A stretch of DNA of 62,901 bases, the filler included, from Hyphochytrium catenoides (taxonomy: Eukaryota > Protista > Hyphochytriomycota), in the NCBI GenBank assembly GCA_900088475.1. It is 5 parts of 5 records of this genome, joined end to end, with 100 filler letters (N's around TTAATTAATTAA, not from the genome) between each part and the next. Parts side by side here need not be neighbours in the genome. Positions count along the whole stretch, not along the records: positions 1 to 3,689 come from FLMG01000816.1; positions 3,790 to 14,000 come from FLMG01000407.1; 3 more parts are not named here. The stretch is one strand, 5' to 3'. Under the pieces are notes generated by a model that saw only the letters and a program-made list of their open reading frames with translations, ran no database searches and had not been told where the DNA came from. The position numbers and the translations under genes are program-made. Positions 1 to 10,500 of the stretch are shown in pieces (position 1 is the first letter of the stretch; each line of letters opens with the position of its first letter).

Positions 1-634
1 AGACAACAGCAACAGCTTCTAGAGTTGTATAGACTGGAAGGGATGGGGCAAGGAGAGAGGACAGAGAAGAGTGGTGACGGAAGAAAGGCAGAGTTGGGGA
101 AAAGAGGAGAGGAGTGACACAGAGAGGATGAGAGAGCCAAGGGCAGAGAGCAACAGTGAGAGCGGGAAGAAGGACAATGCCGCGGAAGGGACAGTGAGAG
201 AGATAGGACGGAGAAGTAGAGAGGGATAGGGTGAGAGAAGGAGAGAGAGAGAATTGAGAGAGAAAGAGAGAGAGAGAGGAAACGAGAGAGGAAGGAAGGA
301 GATGTGATCCATCCATGATGGCTTCTCTTCAATACATTCCGCATCTCTCTCCTCCACACCGATTGGATTCAGAATTATACTAGTCTTATTCAAATTATTA
401 CTGACCTCTGTTCGTCTTGCAGCTTGAAATGAGCCAATCAGTGAGCAGCTGGTCATTCAACCGCCCGCCTCAGGTAGTGGAGCCTTGGAAGGCAAGCTTC
501 CACGTGCCTAATCTGTCTGTCGTGCCGACCAACCCTCTTGTGAGTGATGGGGGCTATTTTGGTCCTGATGCTGGCGTGTGAGATGGGGGAGAGAGAGNNN
601 NNNNNNNNNNNNNNNNNNNNNNNNNAGAAAGAGA

Positions 635-668
<34 letters not shown>

Positions 669-1694
669 TGGGGGTATAGCGAGGGAGAGAGAGAGTTGAG
701 AGGGGACAAAAGAGAAGAGAGAGAGAAGAAAAGAGAAAACACGAAGCGAGGTTAAGTGGAAAAGATCATTAAAAGCGGCATCGTGGAGAGCGGAAGGTGT
801 GAGATGAGCTACTCGCCGGAGAGAGAGAAAGAGAAGTTGATGGGACGGAAGAGAGAAAAAAAGAGAGAGATGAGGGAGGATTGCCCTTTTGGCGGGTACA
901 CCTTTTTTAAGGAGCCTCTTGGGGAGAATAGGGTTGCTTTCCTGCCAGGGATCGGGAGAGAGAAGCAGCCAGCACGAGGGAACAATAAAGCCACCAGAGC
1001 TACATAAGGCAAATCTTGAAAAGCTCACCAGGGCAGAGGGAAGAGAGAAAGAGAGAGAGAGAGGGAGAGAGAGAGAGAGAGAGGGAGAAGAGAGAGAGAG
1101 AGAAAGAGGAAGCACAGAGAGAGAGAGTACATATTACTAGGTAGCAGACGATAGGCCAGACGAACGTGGATGATTCAGGTAAATTGGTTTCTCTCTCACT
1201 CTCAGGGAAATAGTGACGGGACATCAAGAAAAGTGCTGGTCACGATCCTCCCGCCGCTGGCTGCTTATCCTTTGGTCTGTGTGGCTGTCACTCTCCCCTA
1301 AGCCGTTACTGCGGCACTCAGCTTCTCCTCTCCCACCATCCTCTTGGCCATTTCAACCTTTCCTCTTTCCATTCATCGAGCCAACGGGGCACCCCTCAGC
1401 CGAAGGGAGAGGAGAGAGACAGAGAGAAAGTGAGACAGAGAGAAAGTGACACAGAGAGAAGGGAAAGAGAAAAGGAAGGAAAGAGATAGAGAGAGAACCT
1501 TAAAGAAGAGCACGGTAAAGAACAAGTCAACCTTAGAACCGTTTGCCACTCTTCCACCTCCTTCACGAGGAGAGAGACCGCGCCGTGGTTTGTCGAAGCG
1601 CGATAATGATTCAGAAGCTCTAGCTCTTGACACTTGAGGCTTCTCTCTCTCTCTCTCTCTGTCTCTCCTGGTGCTCTGTCTTCCACACCAAGAT

Positions 1695-3415
1695 AATGGC
1701 TCACTCATTTCTGAGCGTAATCAAGCCTACCCGGCGCCACTCTCACAACCCTTCTTCGTCTCTGTCGGAGTCAAGACGAGAGGACCTTCTCTCTTGCTCA
1801 TCTGTCTCTTCTTCTTCTTCATCCACGTCTCCAAAGGCTAAGTATGTACTGGAGATAGAAGGGGCAGGGGCTGTGGTCCACGCCTGGGGAAATGATCTCA
1901 GCTGTGCCAGAGCCGTAGACCAGCATGCCTCCCTTCCTGGCTCCTCTCGTCTTCTCTTTCTCTCTCCCATCTCTCTCTCTCCCGTTGAATTAACAGACGG
2001 TGCTATCGTCTACATCGAGGCAGAAAGTGGTCACGTTCTCCGCGGCAGCTCCACCTCTCGCTACTGCGGCTGGAGCAAGATAAAGGATAAGAAGGCAGAG
2101 TTCCGCGTCCATTCTCTTCCCTCTCGGAGAGGAGCTGGAGGATCAGGAGAGGAGCGGAGGTTCTGGTTGAGCAGTGTTTATTGGGCAGGGTACACCGTGG
2201 GCCTCACGGGCACTCCACCTCTTCTCTCGATGCTTGACATCAAGTCCGCTTGCATTCGCGGGTACATCGTGCTGAAAAGGACGTCTAGGTAATTGCTTTT
2301 CTATCTCTTTTCTCTCTCTCTCCCTCTCTTTTTTTCTCTCTCTCTTTGTCTCTCTCTCTCTCTCTCTGCGCGTGCAGGCACTCGCTCTCTCTCGCGCTCT
2401 CTCTCTCTCTCTTTCCTCATCACCACCAGTGATAATTCACTTCTCTTTGGATCCATCAACCCGGCCTTCCTGTCCTTCAATGTTCTTTCCTCGACTGTGT
2501 CGGGGTACTTTCTACGTGGCCTTCTTTGTCCAGCTCCTTTCTCGCCTTAGTCCGTGTGTCCAGGCCTTGATTTTACTGTTAGTCCTCCCTCTTTGTTGCA
2601 GCTCGAGCCCATGTCGCTTTGCATCTCACTCCCTCACTCTCTGTCTCTCTTTCTGTCGCACCTCGTCTCTCTCTCCCCTCCTCTCACTCTGCGGGTTGGT
2701 TGATTAACGTATAACTCTGTCTGTCTTCCTCTTTCAGTGTGGGCCACAACCTAATCTTCCACACTCGGTCCGTGGGAGTGAGTCGTCGCCGTTCTGACAC
2801 TCTTCTCACCAACTTGACGCGAAGGAGCCGCTGCAGCCACTGTCAGCATATCTCTAGCCGCCCTCTGTATCATAGAGACAGCTCTGTCTGCACGGCCTGT
2901 GGATTCGAACAGGTAAGAGATGGATTAACGCTGCTGACTAAAGAAAGGGGAAGGAAAAAGAGACAGAGCTGAACAAACGAGAGAGAAGCAGCACAGCGAG
3001 AGTACATAAGGTTAGAGGGATTCAGATACGCAGAAGAGAGAATGAGAGAGGACACAGAGGAAGAGACCATAACAGGGAGGAGAGAAAAAGAGAGAATAGG
3101 TATCATCGCTTGTGGATTCTGATCGTCTCTTCTCCTAGCGAGCTCACCCAGCTTCAAGTCCAATGCATGCATCTGACCGCCTCAACAGCAAGAGGCGTCA
3201 CTCTGCGCGCCCTATGCGAAGTCCCTCTTCACTCCGAGCGGGAGCAGCAAGAGAGAGAAGAGACAGCCAGTCTCTCCGTCGCTCTTCCCATGAAGAGTTA
3301 CTTCCCTCTTCCCTGCCCGAGCCTCAGAGCTATCAGATTAGGCGTTGTTTCTCCCAGTTGGCAGCCATAAAGGAGACATCGCCCCCTGCTCTTCTTCCCG
3401 TCATACATTGCAGGG
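1695..3415 (+). CDS. Putative multi-exon gene, unknown product
   Basis: ORF MAHSFLSV...VLKRTS ends at a GTAA donor near 2289. A CT-rich intron ends TTTCAG at about 2737. Exon 2738-2912 (CSHC...CTAC, possible Zn ribbon) ends at GTAAG. A GA-rich intron ends CCTAG at about 3138, followed by an open Ser/Arg-rich exon. No recognisable family. Confidence 0.35.
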
Positions 3416-3689
3416 TTAAATGTGCTTAAGAGTCTCCTCTACGAGCTCTTTTCAGTCTCTGTGTCTGACATCCTCTTTATGTTGCCGTCGCCATACAGTG
3501 TCTGTCTTGTTCAATCATCGTTCGTGTGCACTGTTCCTTTTGACTCCTTGTCTTACTCTCTTCGGGAATCTCTCTCCCTGTCGTTTTTCCTCTGTTTCTC
3601 TTTCTTCGACGGTCCGGTTCCCTTGGTCTTAGTCTAGCTCCATCATGCCACTATGAATAGCCTATAATGGTCCTAACAGGCCAGATGCT

Positions 3690-3789
3690 NNNNNNNNNNN
3701 NNNNNNNNNNNNNNNNNNNNNNNNNNNNNNNNNTTAATTAATTAANNNNNNNNNNNNNNNNNNNNNNNNNNNNNNNNNNNNNNNNNNNN
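3690..3789. other. Artificial contig linker
   Basis: 44 N + TTAATTAATTAA + 44 N = exactly 100 bp; identical design occurs four times. Confidence 0.95.
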
Positions 3790-4279
3790 TCCCCCTTCTC
3801 TCTCTCTTCTCTTTCTCTCTCTTTTTCTTTCCTCTCTCTCTCTCTTGTTCCCTCTCCCTATAAACTGTCTTTAGCCCAAGGTCACGTGATGGTCGCGGTG
3901 CAACTAAACAATGGGCACTAACCCTTTTCATTATTCTCTAAAAGACCTGGTACTCTTGCTGCTTCTTTCCTTTTATAAGGCCTTGGACGGAGCGGGGCGT
4001 TCGTGCAGCCCCAAACCCAAGTGTAGCAGAGGGAACTGCGGATGGAAGACGGAGCCAGACGGACAGACAGAGGAACACAAATCAATGAGTACGTTACTCC
4101 TCGCTGAAGCCAGCAGATGGAAGGCTGGCCGCTCACACTTCATCATCATCACCTCCTCGATCGGACTCGTTTCCATCATCAACATTGTTTGGCGCTATGC
4201 ATCCCACTCCACATCAGAAGAGCCGGGAACTGATGAACATCATCAGTGAGCGCCGCCAGCTCACTATCTGGGTACTGCC

Positions 4280-7010
4280 TCATGGTGGCGACCACCAGGC
4301 GAGAAGTAATGCAAGCAGCTTCTTTGATTGAGGCGGTGAAGGAGCTCGACAAGGACACTAGCAGCCTGCTGGCGGTCAGCACTGATACTGCTCCTGCTTG
4401 CACCAACCATCCAGAATTTTTCTAGAGCGGCTGGCGGCAAACCTGGAATATATACGCGTCTTCTTCACAGAATGGTCCCTCGAGGACATCTACTCGTTCA
4501 GTGTTCTGGGCAAGACCGGAGGCGATCTTAAATGCAAGTTATCCCTGCTCAAGGGCCGGCAAAGGGATGCAGCTAGGGAGGCCTTAGACGCTTACCGAAG
4601 TCGCGGACTGGGATCTTCTAAAGTTAAGGACCGCTCGACTGCTCTCCAACCTCACAGCTTTGTAGGACGATTCCGATGTGACTATCATAAGCAGAAGGAA
4701 GCATCCTTCCTCTCTGAGAAGAAGAAGCAACAGCACTCGTTCGAGCTCAAGCACATCGATGTTGTCTTTGAGACCGGAGATTGACGATGCGTTTGCAGAA
4801 GACTGCAGGTTGTTCAAGGTGATCCTCGTCGTCCTTTATAATGACGTCCAAGGCCTACTCCCGAACAATTTGAAGGTGCTTGTTAGCATTGTCGTGAGAG
4901 CGATTTTTGTTGACTATGTGGAGGAAGGAAAACTCTTCTTGATATCCCGATGGCGAGAGGCAGGCGCCGCCTGGGCGCTTCTGGTTTCGTCGATCGTGAG
5001 TTGGACCTTGTTTTAGATGCTGTCAGGCATACGGTCTCCCGCCATATCATGAAGAAGGCGGCAGTCAGTGTGGACGATTTGTGGGCAGACATCACGTTAG
5101 ATAATGCGATGGCCTTCCTACCAGCTATTGTGCACAATATCTTATACGACAGGCAGAGACGGCTAGCATCGTTAGGAGAAGTTGGAGAGCAAGTCATTTC
5201 AGGTGGCAGATGGACTATTGGGACCTCATGCCAACGAAGAGCTTGGAGACACAGAGCTGATTGTGACTTTTATGGTCAACTTCCGGCTCGGGCTAATGGA
5301 ATCTGCAGGTCGTTCTCTAAGTGTAGCTCACGTCCCTCTTTGTATACGGTGGCTCCGGAAAGAGATTAGATCTTCATCCTGCCAGGGGAGCGTTGTTCTG
5401 ATGCCAGACATGGTTCCCGTGGACAAGCACTGCCAGTTGTTGACTGATACCAAGCATTATCTGATTAGTTCCTTTCCCTCGAACGAAGACTTTTCACGCG
5501 CTGCTCTGGCTCAGAGTATGGGAGAACCTCTAGTCAAGCTTATTTTTCAGGGACACGACGGTAGTCTAATGGGCAGGTCACTCCTTGAGCTCTTCACTCT
5601 CCTTTATGACGGAACTGCCAGCTCGGAGGAACGAAGTAGTGCTATGATGTGCAGGCTGAGTGATGGAAGGCTGTTGCAGCGGTGCCTGCAACTGGCATTC
5701 CGACATGGTGTGGAACAGGGCCTACGCTTTTCTAAGAAACCTACCAAACAAAAAAGAAGCGCGTTGTCTTAAAGAAGGAGGCAACGAGTCGAGGGCGGGA
5801 GAAAGCGTCCGGAGTTGTCAGCGAGCTGACCAACAACATGAAGCGACCCATAGTAGAGTCCATCCTTCAGCTTCTATTGGCGGGGGAATTGGCAGCCATG
5901 AACGACAAGTCATGGGACACTATCTGGCACAATTCTCTCCTTATCGCTGCCCTCTACAAAGTGCTACAGGAGCCTTATATCCCACCGTCCAGGGCGCCTG
6001 ACCAAGGGTTTTGCATAGAAAATGTCTTGGCCTTCCTAGCAGATACTTGCCTCCTTACAGATCTGATGCCGATAGAGCTCCTAACTCGAAGCCCTCTCCT
6101 ACAGGATATATGCCGACATGCTATCGAGAGTATGGATGGTGTGGGCATCACGATCATGACTCTCCTGGTCGCCAAGGAGCTTCGCCAGGTACCGCCGTCG
6201 TTAGACAGGCTAAAGGACCCCAGACGCGAAGGATGGATAGATGAGGAAAGGTTCGATCAGGTTGTCTTGGAAGCAGAGTTGGAACCAACGTACGTCGTGG
6301 ACTGTCTAAGGCATCAGAAAATCCTGCATCGATAACGGAGCAATCCTTTGCTCGATAGAGAAAGGAGAGAAGAGGACTTTGCGGTCGAAGTGGTTTGGGC
6401 CAGCGAGCCCTGTCCAGATGATCCATCGTATCGAACAAGCCATGAGAACGATAAGAAAAACTATCAAGAGTTCTTAGACAACGAGTGGAATCGTAAGTTC
6501 CGGAACTTCCTTCATCTGCTGTGGTTGCTGTTCACGGTTCGCGGGATGTCAGAGATAGTAACGGAGGAGGCTCATTGGAGTCTGGGAATGTCGTATGTCC
6601 TGCTCTATAGCCAAGAATCGAGCACTTCGACCATCCAAAACAAAGTGATAGCCATGGATTGGCTGCTGAAGATGCTTACCCATGCCTCCGTAACGCGACC
6701 AGCGGGGTTTAACAAGGAGGATTTGGATAGACTCTGTGTGCTGGACCGCGTCCTGCAGTTGAAAGCGCTATTGCAGATTCAGAAGGAGGAGGGTCTAGGT
6801 CGGAAGAAGAGAAAGGCAACTTCAAGGGGTAATGAAGTCTTGGACCGTCTAGTCCAACTGGTCAAGAGCTTACTTGCGGATGAAAAAGGTGTAACAAACA
6901 ACGTAGCAGCACGCCAGAAGAAAGAAGTCACGCTCTACATTCTAACGTCACTTCTCCAGTCATTGGTAGTTAGGTGCAAGTGCTGCCGCCCTTGGTGTCT
7001 CGCCTACTAA
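4280..7010 (+). pseudogene. Frameshifted, intronless pseudogene of a large alpha-helical protein
   Basis: Overlapping protein-like ORF pieces on one strand: 4398-4784, 4678-5016, 4950-5369, 5182-5772, 5838-6335, 6348-7010. The last two are in frame and separated by one TAA. Leu-rich helical composition, no microsatellite introns. Confidence 0.55.
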
Positions 7011-7544
7011 CTCTGTTCCGGACTACTACCTGTTGGAGGGAGGGAGGGCACGAGCTGTGACGAGACGCCAGCATTGCGATTAGCAATGCGCAGTACCGTC
7101 GGGGCCTGGGAGCCTAGCAGAAGGACGCAACTACTAGCAGCGCCTAGTAGCAGGGTCGTCCGGCCTGAACACTAATATGAAAGCAACGTGCTCTATCTGG
7201 TGCAGTGCTGTTGGCCGGACTGACTTCTAGAGAGGCAACGAACAACCCTAAGCGTGACCGGCCCTCGATCCTGGTGCCGGCCAGCACTGGCGATACGATA
7301 GAGAAACTGAAGCGCAAGAAGTACCCGGGCCACGAGCCTCTTGGGGGCTACTAGGGGCACACGCCTCATAGGCCACGCTTCGTCAGAAGCTACGTCCTTT
7401 ATGTATGCTTTATAAATGATTGACGTTGAACTCTTAATGTTGATGATATTGAGTTTCCTGTTACTGAGAAGACGTGATTGCGCTCGGAGGAGTGAGCGCT
7501 CATACCACCATCAAAGACGACTCTGCTCTTCATGAATCCATTCA

Positions 7545-10500
7545 CTAGATGTGCCACACTCGAACCAAGTCTTTAGATGCAGATACCGCAAGATGTCCGG
7601 CAGCACTCAGTGCCACGCTTGTGACTTCATTAGTGTGACCCACAAGCCTCTCTTTCCAGCCGCCTTCACCACTGCCCTGGAGCTCCCAAACGTCCACCAG
7701 ATGATCCGACGTTCCCGAGATCACTCTTTCACCATCTGCTGAGATGGCCAGACTTGTTATACGCCCAGAGTCTGGCATAACGTCTTCTACCATATAGCGC
7801 TTCTCACACTGCTCGGACTGAAGATTCCAGACAGCGATGCCAGTTCGGTCGAAGGGAAGATTCCGATGAAGTGGTGCGATAAACTTCTTGCCGTCCGGAG
7901 AGAGACAAATGACACATCCAACGGATTCTTTTATCGTTCTGACGCATGTGCTGCGTCCTTCCTGCTTGAGATCCCACACTCGCACAGTGAAATCCCGTGA
8001 TGCGGAGACAGCAAACGTGTCATCAACGGCGACCGATATGCTCATCACCTCATCACTGACTTTGAAGGACTCTGAGCTCTCGGTTTGCGGAGTCCATATC
8101 CGGAGTGTGCGATCATAAGATCCAGAAAGGACCTTCGACCCATTCGACGTTACTCCCACAGATGAGATCCAAGAAGAGTGGCCCTTAAGGATCTTCTCAC
8201 AGACTCCAGTGCTAAAGTTCCAGATCCGGAGAGTATGATCACTGGATCCCGAGACAATCTTCCCGCCATCAGCACTCACAGCGAGACAGAAGACGTAACA
8301 AGTGTGACCCTCAAGAATCCTCACACGAACGCCTGCTACAGAGTCCCAGATACTAAGTGTTTGGTCTTTCGATCCAGAGAGAACATGCTTGCCGTCCGGC
8401 GTGACGGCGACACAAGTGATGTCCGCCTTACGATAACCTCCAGATGCAGTCCCGGGCAGATTCGCCGCCTCAAGCTCCCAAAGACGTATGCTATTGTCAC
8501 AACTTCCTGACGCAGCCAGCTGTTTGCCGTTGTGAGTACGCTTTGCGATAGCAACGCTGTTGACCAAGGACGAATGGCCTTCCAGAACTCGTTCACAGGC
8601 TGTGGTCTGCATGTCCCAGACGAAGATGACGCCATCCGAGGAGCCAGAGATCATTCGCTTGCCGTCTGCCAGCACCACTACGCTTGAGGTGTGGGAGGCT
8701 GGACCACTGTCCGTTTCAAAAACCCTCTCACATACTCCAGAGTCCAGATTCCACAGGCGGAGGAGGTGAAAGCGGCTGCCAGAGACTGCGTACCTATCAT
8801 CAGGTGTGACAGCCACACACCGCACCTGATGCTTATGTCCGTCAAGCGTTCTCTCCAATCTCCCAGTGCGAAGGTTCCATACGCGCAGCTCGTTATCCCT
8901 AGCGCCAGATACGATACGATTGGCATCGGAAGTCACGGCCACACAGTCCACGCTTGAGTCATGCCCTCTGAAGATCTTCTCGCAGGTTCCGCTCACTGCT
9001 TCCCACAGCCGAAGCGTACAGTCTTCAGAGCTGGAGATGATCTTTGTCACCCTGGCCTCCTGCGTCGTTGCACTAACGTCCAAAAACGTCGACAGTCCAG
9101 TTATTCGTCCGGTATGTCCCTCTAACGTCTTCCAACAGACGCCTTTCTGCAGCTCCCATAGGCGGACTGTGTAGTCTCCAGACCCCGAGATGGCATATTG
9201 TCCGTCTGCCGTGACGGCTACGCTGGTAACCTCTGAAGAATGGCCTTCAAAGGTCTTCTCACAGATACCAATTCTGAGGTCCCAAACTCGAAGACAATGA
9301 TCCATAGAGCCAGAGACCACCTTCTTGCCATCCGGTGTGAATGTTACAGCTTCGACTTTGTTCGAATGGCCCTCATACTTCGCAAGACACGCGTCGAAGG
9401 CTTGCACTGGAGGCAGCACTTCACCCCAGACCTTCTCCGGGTAGATATGCTGCTCTCGCAGCCTTGAGGCCATTTGATACACTGTGGACTCGGGACGTGG
9501 CTGAGTCATGGCAGAAGCATAGACCATGGCTGGACTACGCTTGAGCAGGTGCCCTTCACGTCGTAGCCAGTAAGCAAAGTGTTTGACGATGGTCTGCTGA
9601 CGTGCTCTCTGGACAGCTCCATGATCTTTATCGCCTGCAGTATCCATCATGGAAGGCAAGAGCTCTTCAAGGACCCCCAAAGCGCGAGATGCCTCAAAAA
9701 GCTCATTGTCATCCATGTGAGCACGTGCTTCAACGGCTTCCAACATGCAAAGTTCTTGTATCAATTCCATGGCAAACTTTGGCTGTCTCGTTGCCAAGAC
9801 TAGTTGCTCCAGTTGGTAAGCTCCCTCATGGCAGCGCCTGCGGTTGGGCTGACCATGCATAAGAAGGAGCGGCTGTGCTTTAATGAGTCTGGTAGTGAAG
9901 ATGCTTGGCTCGCTGGATCGTCGTTGAGTGAAGTAGCTGGCTAAGCTTTCACGGGTAAAGAGCTCTAGATGCCGATACCTATCTTCCGCACATTCCCACA
10001 GCTGGCGGTGATACCACTGGAGGAGGCCATGGCCCTTGGTTACGATCAAGTCACCCAGTGACCGCAAGAGACGAAGCGGAGGCAGCTGCGGCATGCGCCT
10101 CACCGGAGGATCCCAGTATCTGAAGGTCTCTCTCAAGACTTCTTCATCCAGTGACAGGAGATCGATCAACTCGTCCTCGCTTACTCCGAAACGTGAAAAA
10201 GTCAGATAGGCAAGTGCATGAGAGACTAGAACCTCCCCCATAACAGTCTCTATGCCAGTCAATAAGAATGAGATAGCCTCCCTGATCCCATGAGTGAAGG
10301 AGATATCATCCACTTTGTCGCCCGACCGGAAAGTCTTCACGATTGAGACAATCAATCGCAAGAACAGAGGTGACCCAGAGGTTTTCACAGCCGCTCTTAC
10401 GGCCTCTAGAAGCCCCGCATTCTTTATCTGGTGACCCTCTGCCTCTAGGAGACTCTCAAAGATAGAAAGTCCCTCTTCCTCAGATAGACGGTTGACTTTG

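Noticed and set aside
423-540. Isolated exon-like segment (TTGCAG|...|GTGAG)
   Set aside because: Plausible exon but cannot be linked to a gene or family
3734-3745. TTAATTAATTAA as a biological motif
   Set aside because: Always centred in exactly 100 bp with N flanks; assembly linker
7020-7400. Possible retroelement end (TTGGGGGCTAC)
   Set aside because: Single short motif, no protein or LTR support
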